Origin: Balamuthia mandrillaris
Lineage: Eukaryota
Assembly: GCA_031835245.2 (NCBI GenBank)
Contig: JAVKOQ020000035.1
Span: 124,001-188,000 of the forward strand
DNA length: 64,000 bases
Direction: 5' to 3'
The position numbers were made by a program, and so were the translations under genes. Positions 38,627-52,845 of this stretch are shown in pieces. The notes beneath the pieces are model-generated. The model made no database searches. It was not told the DNA's origin and saw only the letters and a list, made by a program, of their open reading frames with translations. Positions within the stretch are counted from its first letter, which is position 1, and every line of letters begins with the position of its first letter.

Positions 38627-39358
38627 TTAGCCTTTCTCGCTGGCTCTCAAGATGTAGGTGATCAACACGGCGATGAACACCAGTACGGCCGCTCCCACCA
38701 CAATGCTCTTCTTCTTCTCCTCCTCCAAGCTGTTGACGCTCCGCTTCAACTCGCTCATCTCCTTGTCCTTTCTCTCCAGGAGGCTCTCCAATTCTTCCAC
38801 TCGGCCCCATACCTCCTTTTGCAGCTCCTCCATAGCTCTTTGCCGTTCTTCCATTCGCTTCTTTTCCTTGTCCTCATTGGAAGAGGAGCTTCTGAGCTGT
38901 TCCTCTGCTTCTTTGCGTATGTGGGCCAGAGCTTCTTCTTTCATGCGAAAGAGCTCTTCTCCGGCTGCCTTTTTGGAGGCTGGGGCTTGCCTTCGCAGGA
39001 GTTCCTTGCGGAGGTCCGACGTGCTGCGTGCTCCCGAACTGAATTGCGTTGCTGAGAACTCTTCTTCCTCGTCCTCGTCTTCATCGTACTCGTCGTCTTC
39101 TGCTTCTTCTTTGTGGTTTCGTTCTTCTCTTCTTGTAGGTTCGTTGTTGTTGTGGTGACGGGTGGTGTGAGTGGCAACGTCCAGGTAAGCTTTGGGCGAT
39201 TTGTTCTGCGCGGCCTCGGCCACCCGCTTCTCGAACTCCATGCTGACGCGTTTGGTGCCTCTTGGGCTGAGGCCCAAGGCAGCCTCCGGCCTGGACGCTG
39301 CGCTGTAGGACCGCTCTCTTCCTCCTCCTTTGAACTTGGACACTGCTTTATTGATCAT
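38627..39358 (-). CDS. Tail-anchored coiled-coil protein of unknown function
   Basis: Single-exon 243-aa ORF with an acidic patch, heptad-like coiled coil and one C-terminal TM helix (SIVVGAAVLVFIAVLITYIL) followed by a short tail. Confidence 0.75.
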   Translation of the reverse strand: MINKAVSKFKGGGRERSYSAASRPEAALGLSPRGTKRVSMEFEKRVAEAAQNKSPKAYLDVATHTTRHHNNNEPTRREERNHKEEAEDDEYDEDEDEEEEFSATQFSSGARSTSDLRKELLRRQAPASKKAAGEELFRMKEEALAHIRKEAEEQLRSSSSNEDKEKKRMEERQRAMEELQKEVWGRVEELESLLERKDKEMSELKRSVNSLEEEKKKSIVVGAAVLVFIAVLITYILRASEKG

Positions 39359-39409
39359 GTTACAGTAAGCTTTCTTCTCTTATATTTTTTGTTTATTTTG
39401 TATTTTTTG

Positions 39410-39500
39410 TTATATATAAATTAATTAATAATTCAATTAGAACGAGTGACGTCACTCAACCGTGTCGTCATTAGAAGGTGACGTAAGGCTAATGACGTCA
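39410..39500 (-). promoter_or_regulatory. TATA plus clustered CRE/ATF-like sites (TGACGTCA x2, TGACGTAA) and one ATGACGACACG motif
   Basis: TATATATAAA at about 39411-39420; perfect 14-bp palindrome GAGTGACGTCACTC at 39444-39457; TGACGTAA at 39479-39486; TGACGTCA at 39493-39500. Confidence 0.6.
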
Positions 39501-39559
39501 CGAAAACTCCACAAACTGTGCAACAACATTGCAGATGTTGGTTAACAGTTGTGCACTGC

Positions 39560-40935
39560 CTACAACAAGGGGTCGTGCTCGGTATAGCCGGCCTTTGGTT
39601 TCTCAAAGGCAGGTTCGGCCTCGTCCAACAGCTGCTCCTCTTCCGTGCCGTCGTCGAAGTCCACGGGAATGCCGTATCTTCCGCGCAGGCAGTCCCTCAG
39701 CTTGGCCAACCCGAATACCATGAGGAAGAACAGCAGGTGCAGGGCCAACATGCCGAGGTACCAAAAGGAGGCTGTGCTCTTGGAGGTGTCCAGGAACGGG
39801 TACGGATAAACGTACGACGGATCGGCGCCTTTAATGGTCTGGAAAACGAAAAAGAGCGAAGAGGTTATGAGGACGAAACAGAGGGCAAGACACAACAAAC
39901 TGATGGAGAAGAATGAAGTGAATGGATCAAAAAATAAGAGAATGAAGTCTCTGAGTCTTACCCATTGAACAAAGGCATAGATTAAACTCTGGGAAACCAG
40001 AAAGAGGGAATGACCGGGAACCACCCTCATGTGGTTCAAACAGAGTTCAGCCAACATGAACAGGCAGTTCGTTCCATGAACTGAGAAGAAAGCAACAAAG
40101 AAACACATATGAGGTCAAAAACTATGTTTGCTTTGCTGGCGGTTATCAAACCGTTATAGGAAACGAAGCCCAATATATCAGACTCTGATTGTCCTTTGCT
40201 AAAGTCAGACTTCTTTGCCATCGGGTAAAGCACTCCCCTGTTGGTTTGGAGTTTGGTAAGTATCATCGAGGAAAGTAAACATACAGAGATGAACTGGAGA
40301 GGGAGGGAGAGAGAGAAGGCAAACATAAATCAAAAGAGGTACCAAAGAATAACATCAACAACGAAGACCATTGTGATGTTCAGCTGAAAGAGTACCCAGA
40401 CCGCTCTCCCGAGCAAGGTAGGTGGTCCTCTGGGACAGTCTTCTCGACCCAACATCTGTATGCTATGCGCTGTCGCTAACGCAAAGAAGGTGACCAAAGA
40501 AGCATAGTTCCACGTTGTGTAAAACCTTATGTTGAAAAAATCCAAATGCTTCTTTGAGACCAACTCAAACATGACTGAAGAAGCGTTTGCAGCAGTACTT
40601 ACTTGAAGTTTTCGCCTTCCTTTTGGATCGTGGCATAGAGCAGCACTCCAAAACAGTACCCAAATGATACCAACCGAAACGCAAGTAACAACCTTTCAGA
40701 CAACAAAACAGAACCACCAAAGGCATAAAAGATAAGCAACGGGTGCTGAGCTCAAAGGAACCGAAAAACAAACAAAAGAGAGGTACCGATGGTGCACGTG
40801 GGGACTGCGGGTGACAAGGTGAGGCCTGGCGCAGTGCCATCTAAACCATGCCCACCGATACGCCAGATAGAGAAACACGAACAGGAGAAGGGTGACCGCA
40901 GCCATGACGGCTGCCAGTTCGGGACGGATCTCCAT
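39560..40935 (-). CDS. FAR-17a/AIG1-like (rolling stone-like) multipass membrane protein
   Basis: Spliced product LLLAFRLVSF...FK|FYTTWNY...LFQLNITMVFVVDVILW...SYN|VHGTNCLFMLAELCLN...YPYPFLDTS matches the family pattern FYTxW...H..N...YPFLD. Confidence 0.75.
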
Positions 40936-41137
40936 GTCCGGGGTGTTGTCCTTCTTTCTTTATATCGTTTCTTCTCCTCCGTAATATAAAAAGAAAGGGT
41001 GTCGTTTCGTGAGCGTAGACCTACGTTCTTTCGAAACGACTCTCTTTCGATTGATTCTGTCCAAGCGACCTCCTGTGTCCAGCTCATCAGCGAAATAGGA
41101 CATGTCTGACCTACCATTATTTATCAATAATATCAAT

Positions 41138-41170
41138 CATGACGACGTGAATTATTTTCATGTCGTCATG
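41138..41170. promoter_or_regulatory. Inverted pair of ATGACGACRYG motifs (near-perfect 14-bp-arm palindrome) in a divergent promoter
   Basis: CATGACGACGTGAA-ttatt-TTCATGTCGTCATG, with one mismatch between arms. Confidence 0.65.
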
Positions 41171-41251
41171 GAATATCAGTGCTAGTGGGAAAAAGAAAAA
41201 AATTGCAAGGAAGCGGAGAAGAAGCAAGCTTCACTCCCCCAGCAAGAACGA

Positions 41252-44200
41252 ATGCAACGGCTGCACACCGTCCGACCGCTTGGTCAGGGCGATAAATGTC
41301 GCGCACTTCCTCTGCGTTGCCAAAGTACGTACGAAGAACGATAAACAGAAACAAACAAAAAAAACCCGATTTGTGTTTTTAAATCATCCATCACCATTGT
41401 TCTTTTTTTTTTTCACGATTGATTTATTTGCTTTAATCAGGTTTCTCCACGAGAAGAACACTCTCTCTTCACTCGCAACACTCGCTGCGGTATTCTGTTA
41501 TTCCTCCTCTCCTCCCCTATTCTTCTCTCTCTTCGTCGTCGCTCCCGGCACAACAAAGCTTCCCCCCCTCAAAGTCAAGACCGCTCTCATCTTCCCCTTT
41601 TCCTTCTTCTTCTTCGTTTTCTTCTTCTCGCTCCTTCTCCACTTTTGAGGACCTCACCGCGGAGATCAGACGCACGCTCAGCAAGGCGCGCAGGCGCAAG
41701 AATCTCCGCTATAACGTCACCCTAGCCCGCCTCAATGGCCGCCTGGCTCTATGGCTGGAGCAAGGCAAGTACCAGGACATCCTTGCTGAGTGGCAAGCGC
41801 TGCACAAAGCACACCAAGCAAGGCAGGCGGAGCACCTGGAGATCTCCAGCCCGCAGATGCAAGCCCTGTGGCAGCCATCCCTGCTGGCAGACGTGAAGAC
41901 CTGCAACATTGTGCTAAAGGCTCTGTCCCAGCAGGCCACCATCACGCGGAACCGCAGCGGCGCCGCCGCTGCTGAAAAGAACATCCAAAGAGCGGAGAGT
42001 CTTCTGGAGGAGATGGAGAGCATGGGCCTGCAGCCAGATAGGGACACCGCTCGCAACCTGGCGGACCTGCATTGCTCCCTGGGCCAGCACGAACAAGGCC
42101 TTGAGGCCATTCTCTACATGAAGGAACGCTACGGGGTTCGCCCACGTGAGTCCACTTTTGAGCCTTTGTTCGGGAGAATAGACCACAAGGCTGCGTTCTT
42201 GGACAAAGTCCTGCAGGCCATGAAGGAGGAAGGGCTGGACACCTTGAAGGCTCTGCATTCCAACCCTATGAGGATCATTCGCCTGGTCAACAACGGTCAT
42301 CTGGATAAGGCCCTACTGCATTGGGATGAGATGGAGAGGCACAGGAGAGCCAAGGACCTGCCCATTCGAAGCCCCGTGGTGTATCGTGGTCTCTGTCATG
42401 TGCTGATAGAGAAGTGTGCCTCAGGGGCTGCCCAGCGGCGAGTGCAGCTCTTCGAAGCGATGACCATGGACGCGGGCATAAAGCCTTTGTACAGCACCAT
42501 GGCCATCATGGTGAAAACCTACTGCAAGCTGGGACAGCGGGAGAAGGCCGAACACTTGTTTGAGGAGATGCTACGAGAAAGAGAGGAGATGCGACGCCTT
42601 ACCGGGGCTCAATTCCAAGGAGAGCAAGAACAACAAGGTGAAGACGAAGCTAATGATAGTGATCACGTGGAACAGCAACTGCGACAAGATGTAAGAGAGA
42701 ACGAGGAACACATACCGAAAGATGTTTTAGCAAAAGAGTGGAATATCGATGAGGAAGACTCCGACGATGACGACGACGATGACGACGACGATGATGAAGA
42801 GGATCTAGGAGTAACAGCTGGGGAGGAGTCAAAAGAAGACGACGAGGACGAGTACGAAAAGCAAGCGCAACAAGACTTTCTGTTGGCAGAGGCAGAATCC
42901 CAGCAGCTGGCTGACCTCCAAAACAGCCTCCAAAAGGTGGAATTATGTACAATGCAAGCACTTATGGCCCTCATCCTGAGCGTTTCCGAGAGGCAACACA
43001 TGAAAGATATCTTGCCTCTCATTGAGCGAGCTCAAGCAGGGGGCGTGACTTGGGACCTTTACGTTATCACCTCCTTGATCCGTGCCCTCTCCTCCGTCGG
43101 CCACTTTGACTTAGCCTCCAAATTTTTGGAGCAACAATTCCAGCTGCAGCTTCAACAAAGGCAAAAAGACCCAAGCTGTAGCTTTGACGAAGTGCCTTAC
43201 ATCGCCCTGATCAGCGGCTGTCGTAAGAGCAAATCACCTTTGAAAGCTCTGGAAGTTTGGAGTAAACTCAAGCAACACATCGCTGCCTTTGAGAAAGCAG
43301 CACAACCCCAGGGCCAGAGCCAAGCTCAAAATCAAGCTCCAGCCCCTCAAAAACCCCGAAATCTTTATGATGGCAGCGGTGTGACTCACCAAGATGAGGC
43401 TGGGTATCAACAGTACGTGCCGAGCCCCAACCTTTTGGACGGTCTGCTGAGAGCCTGTTGGGATGCCAGAGAGTACAAGCGCGGTCTTGCCCTATGGAAG
43501 GAACTCAATGAGCGGTACTCGTGTGCGGAGAACTTGGACGAGCCACTACTCAGGATCCTCTTGCTGTTGAACTCCAAAGCAGCGCAGGCAGAGCAAGCTT
43601 ACGCTCTCTTCCAAACTGCCAGAGAGCGGTCCATCCCTCCCGAGCTCAGTCTCTTTGCCCCGCTTCTCTATGTGCTCGCTCAACAGCCTGAACCACTTCA
43701 GCATTCCTCCTCTTCTTCGTCATCTCCTTCTACAACTTCACATCTTTGGCTGAACCGTCTGTTTGAAGTGTTGCAATACATGACGGACTATGGCCGAGTG
43801 CCGGACGCCTCCGTAATGAACGTGGCTGTGGGCGAGCTCTGCAAGAAAGGAGATGTCTCTGGCGCGCTCTCCCTCCTCCGCTACATGCTGAAGCACTTTC
43901 AGGGCATGCAGGCCAATGCCTCGACTTGTGAGGCTCTCGCCAGGGCTCTCATCCGAGCAGGAGAGTTAGACAAAGCATTTGGAGTATTGGACCTGGTGCG
44001 AGAGTGGGGCGTGAGCTTGCAACCCGCTGGCTACACCGCTCTCCTGAGCTTGTTGTGTCGTTTCCATCCTCCTTCAACTTCAAGAAAAAGCGAGACAAAG
44101 ATAAGGGCCAAAGCACTGGGAATGTTGGCCAGGCATTTGCTCTCGGACAAAAACCTTAGGGGGGATCTCTTCCTCTTCCAACGGCTTTTGTTAGCTTTGG

Positions 44201-44667
44201 TGGATGTAAGATGCAAGGAGGAGGCTTTCTTGGTTTGGCGAAGGGCGAAGCAATTGGGATATAACTTGAGCTCTAGCGATCCTCAAGTTTGTACCGACTT
44301 GTTACGTGTGTGGGAACAAGCAGCAACCAACCCGAGAACAACAACAACAAAACGAGAGGACGAAGAGGACGAAGAAGAAGAGGAAGAGGAAGACGAACGC
44401 TTGGATAAAGAGCAAGTGATACACGAGCTGACAGAGGAGCTTCGTCAGACGATGGAGAGTCGACAACAAGGGAAGATCATGACACCGTCTTCATTCTTGC
44501 CGGCAGCATCAGTGGAAACCTTTTCTTCGGAGGCGATCATGGGAAGGAAGAAGAGAGCAGGTACGACTGCGGCGGCAGCTCCTCCTTCACCAAAGAGTGA
44601 GCGCAAGGGGGCGCTGCAGAGTCTTATTGATGCCGTTGAGAAAGGCAGAAAGAAACGTCTGTTGTGA
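41252..44667 (+). CDS. Mitochondrial pentatricopeptide-repeat (PPR)-like protein
   Basis: Short exon 41252-41324 splices in frame to 41441. Ser/Arg-rich targeting peptide, then about 35-aa helical repeats (DVKTCNIVLKAL, TMAIMVKTYCKLGQREKAEHLFEEM, DEVPYIALISGCRK, DASVMNVAVGELCKKGDVSGALSLL, YTALLSLLCR). Confidence 0.8.
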
Positions 44668-44724
44668 AACAAGCTTTGAAAACAACACTTTTAAAGAGAA
44701 CAGGAAAGGAGGAGAGAAGAGAAG

Positions 44725-44767
<43 letters not shown>

Positions 44768-44826
44768 AAGAGGGAGGGAAGAAGAGGGGAGGAGAGAGAA
44801 CGAGGTAGGAGAAAAGTTTACATCAA

Positions 44827-46523
<1,697 letters not shown>

Positions 46524-46547
46524 TCTTGTCTGGACCCAGTATAAACT

Positions 46548-46628
46548 TCATGACGACATGAATCTTTACTTGAAGTGTGATGTGTTCGGTGAGGATCGAA
46601 CCTGAGGAAATTATTCATGTCGTCTTGA
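46548..46628. promoter_or_regulatory. Second inverted pair of ATGACGACRYG motifs (16-bp arms, 15/16 match) in a divergent promoter
   Basis: TCATGACGACATGAAT at 46548-46563 and ATTCATGTCGTCTTGA at 46613-46628. Confidence 0.65.
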
Positions 46629-47249
46629 TACATTGGACCTTCCGACATTCCTGTAGACACTTCAAAGAAAGCATTTCATGACGACCTTCAAGTAAATGAG
46701 TTGCGCGGATTTTCCTTCCTGGAACGCAATTTATCGGGATGACGTCAGCTTCAGCGTTTATTGCCCCCCTCTGATTGGCCGTCCGTCCATTCTTCGAATT
46801 GTGTTCTTGTTAGCCGCTTCGACTAATCTTATCTGGGATATCTATAAAAGGGATTTTCTGATCCACTGTATTTTCCCATTGGTCCATTTTCCATCCCTCC
46901 GCTCCAAATTAGGAAGCTCATTCGAAGACTACGGATTGAAGAATTCTGTTTGGGGGGGGTAACCACCACCACGCCCCCTATTCTTCCCATGGGGCAGGGA
47001 GGTCACTGCATTTTTTTTTTTGAGGTGTTTCTCCTGGGGATAACCGAGAGAGTGCCTGAGAAAGAAAGAAAGATTATTTTTTTTTTCGGAGCTCAGCTGC
47101 CCAAGTATTTAAACACAAAGTAATAACCGCAAAGAGAGAGAGAGAGAGACCTCTTGGACGATCTACAATCTATTTTTTTTTAAACACAAAAAGGAGGGCC
47201 AAAGGAGATCGGTATCTTTTTTTAAAAAAAAAACAAAAAATTTCTTTGG

Positions 47250-48814
47250 ATGTCTGTTTGTTGCCTTCCACGCAGTTACCTTCCTCCTCCTCAACCTCCT
47301 TCTCCCCCTCACCACCACCACCATTCCGCTGCTGCTTCTTATCCCTCCCGAGAGCTGCCTGTCATGATCCCATTCCCAACCAACACCCCTGCCTCTCCTG
47401 CTGCTGCTACTGCTGCTTCTACTTCTTCATCCCCCTCCACCATGTTGGTGTTCCCTCGTGCGAGCCTTCTTGCTTCTCCCTCTTCCTCTTCTGCTTCTGC
47501 TTCCTCCTCCACGTTTTATCCAGTGGTCCCAGTGGGGGTTGCCACGCACAAGAGGAAGCATTCGCTCTCTCCCGTGGAGGAGGCCCGCAGCGTGCTCCTC
47601 TCCTCCGAGGAGCAAAGGAAGAATGCAGCATGCCTGAGCGACCTTCATGACAAGAAGACGACGGCAGCAGCAACAGCAACGACGAAGACGACGACGACAG
47701 CGAAACAAGGACAACGCACCGCTTCGTCTTCACAGGTAACCACCACAACCAGCAAGAGAAGAAGGACCCACAAGCGAACCAGAACCGCCACCAGTAGAGT
47801 AGGAGGGGACGAGTCCACGCCCTCTTCCTCCTCCGAAGAGGAGGAAACGACCGCCCTGCCCTCTCCTCCTTCTTCGTCGCCTTCTTATGCTTCCATCGTT
47901 CTTCCTCTTCTCTCCTCGCCCATTGCTTCTCCTTCCCTGTCTGCTCTTTCATCTCTGCAACACCAACTTCCACAGCCACAGCCACAGCAGCAGCAGCAAA
48001 AAGCTTTTTCTTCTGCCTCTGTTGCTTCAACGTTTTCCTTGGACTCTGCCTTTGTGTGGCATGCCGAGGATGGCAAGAAGCGGAGAAGAGGCAGCCAGCA
48101 GCAGACCTACTGCCGGGAATGTGGCACCACTGAAACGCCTGAATGGAGGAGAGGACCTGCTGGCAATCGAACGTACGTTCTTTAGCTTTTATTCCTTTTA
48201 TTCTTTATATTTATTACTCCTTTTTAAACAGGTTATGTAATGCATGTGGATTGCAGTTTGCAAAGCAACTCCGGAGTCTTCGTTCGAATGCTCAGCTTCA
48301 AACACAATCCCCTTCTCCTTCTCCTTCTTCCTCTGAGTCGATACTAGGAACAACAACGATGGCCACCACAACCTCTTTTCCCTCCGCTTCTCTGCCTCAT
48401 CTGTTGCCACGACAAAGACTGCCGATCATCCCGGAGCCACGAAAACCTCCTTCTCCCTCTCGCGCCTCCTCTCCTTCCTTGTTATCCCCATCCTCCTCCT
48501 CTGCTTTCAATCCTTTCTGGTCTTCCTCTTCCTCTCCCGCACGAACTCTTTCTTCTTCTTCTTCGATAACATCACATCCTCCTGTAAATCATTCGCAACA
48601 ACGACCACCCCAACCCCAACCACACCAAGAAGCGGAGAGGAGAACAAACGAAACCGCCATCCCTCTTGTTTCGTCTCTTCCTTCTCTCCTTCTCTCGCGG
48701 ACGACCACCGATCAACAACAAAAGAAGGAAGAAGAGAAGGAAGCCGATGATGAACGGACGATCGTTCCCTCCACCAACTCCCAAAGAGTTTCCATTCGTT
48801 CTTTGTTGAACTAA
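47250..48814 (+). CDS. GATA-type zinc finger transcription factor
   Basis: CRECGTTETPEWRRGPAGNRT|LCNACGL (C-x2-C-x18-C-x2-C) across intron 48173-48231. Low-complexity flanks and C-terminal VSIRSLLN. Confidence 0.92.
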
Positions 48815-48855
48815 CTTGAACATAATGTACAAAGCAACGTTACCGTTCTCATCCT

Positions 48856-50687
48856 TTATTTTTTGGTCGAAGCGAAAACCGAAGCGGTCTTTTTCTCCAA
48901 GCGGGCTCCGCTGTTTCGCCAGTAGAGCACTTGCAGCAGCTGCAAGAGGTCTTCTCGCTCTTGAAGGCTGTCCACGAGGAAGGTGATGGAGCTCTTGACC
49001 TTTTTCTTCTTGGAGGAGGCCTCCGTGCTGATCTCCAGGCTGAAGGCGCGGGGGTCGTCGTTGTAGGTCACCACCGCCACTATGTCCGCTATCGGAAATG
49101 CCCACTGTTGAAGAAGAAGAAGATGAACAAGAAAGAAGAAGAACAAGAAGAAGAAGAAGAAGAAGAACAAGAGAGGAAGAACAGGAAGAAGAAAGAAGAA
49201 GGTAACAACACAAACCTTGCATTTGTTGGGCTCAACTTTGGTGCGTGAGACCGAAACCTTGGCGACGTAGTTATAGACGGAGCGAGTGCCAAACACCAAA
49301 AAACGGATCTGCAGCTTGCCTTTGCGGTTGCGCTTCGTCACGAAGAAATGCCCTTGGTAGACTTCTTGTTGGTTGATAGCATTCTCCTCTGCTTCTGTTT
49401 TGTTTTGTTTTTTTTTTAAAGAAGTTAAGAAGAATGAAAGGAAGAACCGACAAGAAGAGGAAGGAGGAGGAGGAGGCGGAGAAGAAGAACCGACAAGAAG
49501 AGGAAGAAGGAGGAGGAGAAGAAGAACAGCAGAAGAGACAAACGAAGAAGAAGAAGAACAAGAAGAACAAGAACAAGAACAAGAACAAGAACAAGAAGAA
49601 TAAGAATAAGAACAAGAAGAAAGAAGAAGGAGAGCAAGCATAACTAAAGGAACTAAAGAACAACGAAACGAGAGAAAGAATGGACTGAGAAGAATGAAAG
49701 AAGAACGAGAAGGAAGGAACCTTCAAAAATGGCTTGCCAGGTATCGATGGTCCTGTTCTTCGCGACGGTATAGCAGTCATCCCGCTCCTCCTCGCTGTCA
49801 AACGTGTATTCGCAGAGGCACAGGTAGTTGGAGGCTGTCTCTCCCGCTCCCCAGCTTGGAACCTTGTTTTCAAAACAAAATATAATGTCTCATGAAAGAG
49901 GAAAGAGGAAAGAGGAAAGAGGAAAGAGGAAAGAGGAAAGAGGAAAGAGGAAAGAGGAAAGAGGAAAGAGGAAAGAGGAAAGCGAAAGAGAAAAGAGAAA
50001 GAGGAAAGAGAAAAGAGAAAAGAGAAAGAGAAACGACGAAAGAGAAAGAGAAACGACGAAAGAGAAAGAGAAACTACGAAAGAGAATATAGAGAGAAAGA
50101 GAAACGAAAGAGATAAAAGAAAAACACATACCTTCACTTTAGAAGACTTTGTGGAGGGTTGAATGAAGCTTATGTTAAGAGCATACCGCATCGCCTTTTC
50201 GCTCTTTGGTCCATCCGCTTCCACTCTCTCCTCTTCGTTTCCCGTTGTTTTCTGTTCTGTTGTCTCTTCCTCGCTCTCTTCCGCCAGCCCTTCCTCGTCC
50301 TCTTTGAACACGTTGGTAACTTCGGTAAAGTCGCGCCGAACGACGTCTTTATCGATCACCTCATAGAGCGACGTCGTGGTAATGATCAATTCCACTTTTT
50401 GGTCTGTTTTGTTAAAACGTTTAGTTTGTATTGTTCAAGAAAAAACAAAGCACAACAAAAAAAAAGAAGGAGAAGAAGAAGAGGAAGAAGAAAAAAGAAA
50501 AGAAAAAAGAAGCAAGCAAGAAACCTTCTCCGCGTTTATTTACAACGGAATGGGTGAGGTACGTTTCCGAATCGGAGGCGGTGAGCTTATTGTTTGAATC
50601 CGGATCGGCGGACGGCCGTTCTGTGCAAGGCCTACAATAGCCTCGCTCCTGCAAGAAGGCAACCACCTGCGTCCTGCTCCTCAGCAT
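48856..50687 (-). CDS. Protein with tandem PH-like domains (myosin TH1-like), function unknown
   Basis: Five exons give VVNKRGE..KVELIITTTSLYEV...FDSEEERDDCY and VTKRNRKGKLQIRFLVFGTRSVYNY...FPIADIVAV...FLVDSLQEREDLLQLL, the KxNRxGKxQxR pattern of TH1/PH-like folds. Confidence 0.55.
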
Positions 50688-50764
50688 CTCTCTTTGTCTT
50701 GTTCTTTCTTTGTGTGTGTTGTTTGGGTCACCCTATCCTTGGCGTTTCTTATTATAGCAACAAT

Positions 50765-51002
50765 TATCGACACGTTCCAAAATATTTTACGATTCGAGCG
50801 ATGGGAACACATATAAATGCAGTGTCGACAGTATTCATTACCGAAGATAAATTTCTGGCATTAACGATAATTATTTCAAATGGGACTCGGCATCGACGCT
50901 CGCCGCAAACAAGGTTGTTTTTGTACATATTAGTGGCATTATATATCACCTAATAGGTGGAACTTCAAAATCTTTGTCGACGTAAATGAATTAGTGTCGA
51001 CC
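50765..51002. promoter_or_regulatory. Cluster of TGTCGACA-like palindromes in a divergent promoter
   Basis: TATCGACA at 50765, TGTCGACA at 50823, TGTCGACG at 50975, TGTCGACC at 50995. Confidence 0.6.
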
Positions 51003-51029
51003 ACTACAAAGAAAAAATAAGAAGAGAAG

Positions 51030-51548
51030 ATGAGAAGGACGGCGACGCCCGGCTGCGGCTTCCTCTCTCTGCGCCTCGTCACACCCGTAAGAAGAGGTTT
51101 GTTTTTTTTTTTTTTTCTTTTAAAACACCTTCACTTTTTTTTAAAAGAAAAAGGACAAAAAGTGCTGCAATGATTTGTTATTTTTTTAAAAAATAATCAT
51201 TAAAACCAAAATGAACAAACAAAGGAGGACTCGTTGCGTCTTCTTCTTCTTCTCGGTTTAGGAGCGCTTCCTCCGCCTCGTTTAGCACTCATGCCGCCAC
51301 GAACTACTTCACAGAGAGCTATCCGGACGCGAGGCCGCACTCCCCCGCCGTGCAAACGCTCCTTCACCTCCACCACATTGCCGACGCCTCCAGGATCCCC
51401 GCCACCGGACCCAAAGGGCGGCTGCTCAAAGGAGACGTCCTCGCCTTTCTGTCCTCTCCTTCTTCTGCTTCAGTCTCTTCCGCTGCTTCTGCTTCTTCTT
51501 TGGCGGCTGCTGCGGTAACCCTCTCTCGCTGCTCTCCGCATTTCTCCT

Positions 51549-51581
<33 letters not shown>

Positions 51582-52845
51582 GCTCTCTCCTCCCTCCTCT
51601 CTTCTCCCTCCTCTCTGCATTTCTTCTCCCTTTCCTTCCCTCTCTCTCGTCTTTCACTCCCGCTATTCTCTTCTATCCGTTTTCTGCGTCTCTCGTTCTC
51701 TCTTCCTCTGCTCTGCAACTCGCTTTGCTCTTTGCTGTTCGCTCTTCTCTCATTCCAATTTCAACAAAACAGAAGAAAGACACCAAAACTGCTGCTCCTT
51801 CAGGCATCTCCTCTTCCTCTGCCTACGATGACCTTCCCAACAGCAACATGCGCAAGGTCATTGCTAAGAGGTTGAGTGAGTCCAAGCGAACTGTTCCTCA
51901 CTTATATATCAACGCCGAGTGTAACATCGATCGCCTTGTCCAAGCCCGTAAAGTCTTGATTGGTTCTCTTTTGCATCACCCTGCTTCTGTTCCTCTTTTC
52001 GCTTTCCTGTTCTCCACTCTCTTCTTTTCTCACCGGGGCGGTTTGGTTATGTTAAACAAACAGAGCAAGCAGGAATCAAGGTCAGCGTCAACGACTTTAT
52101 CATTAAAGCCTTTGCTCTCGCTCTTCGTCAAGTGCCCGAAGCGAATGCCTCTTGGATAGAACCTTCAACGGGTAATGGAAATGCTGATGGAGCCATTCGA
52201 AGGCATCAAAGCGTAGACATCTCGGTGGCAGTCGCCACTGAGGGTGGACTCATCACTCCTATCGTGAGGCAAGCGGACAGCAAAGGCCTTCTTCAGATCT
52301 CTAAAGAAGTTCAGGTGTGTATTTTTCTTGTTGTCGTATGTGTTGTCTTATGTTGGTGTTGGTCTTCTTCTCTCTTCTGCTTCTGTTCTTCTGCTTCTTC
52401 TTGTTCTTGTTCTTGTTCTTGTTCTTGTTCTTCTTCTTCTTCTTCTTCTTCTTCTTCTTCTTCTTCTTGGTTTCTCCGTTTTGACGAACACCAAAAACAG
52501 GAATTAGCGGGAAGAGCTCGTCAAAACAAGTTAAAGCCCGAAGAGTTCCAAGGCGGCACGGCCAGCATCTCCAACCTCGGCATGTTTGGCATCCACGAAT
52601 TCTCTGCCGTCATCAACCCTCCTCAAGGCTGCATCTTGGCCATCGGCCAAGGACGCCAAGAAGTTGTGGCTGCTTCTTCTCCTTCTTCTTCTTCACCTTC
52701 TTCTTTTGCAGAGGAGTTTAAAGTATGCACGAAGATGAACGTGAGCCTTTCCTGCGATAATCGGGTGATGGATGAGGAGGTGGCCGCTCGACTTCTCTCC
52801 TCCTTCCAAAAGCTCATTGCAGATCCTAGTTCAATGCTTCTCTAA
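51030..52845 (+). CDS. PDHX: Pyruvate dehydrogenase complex E3-binding protein (protein X)-like, lacking a lipoyl domain
   Basis: Targeting peptide, then PSBD (SPAVQTLL...IPATGPKGRLLKGDVLAFL), then E2-type core (NMRKVIAKRLSESKRTVPHLY, SVNDFIIKA, DISVAVATEGGLITPIV, FQGGTASISNLGMFG, AVINPPQ). The core has SCDNRVMD instead of DHRxxDG. Confidence 0.8.
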
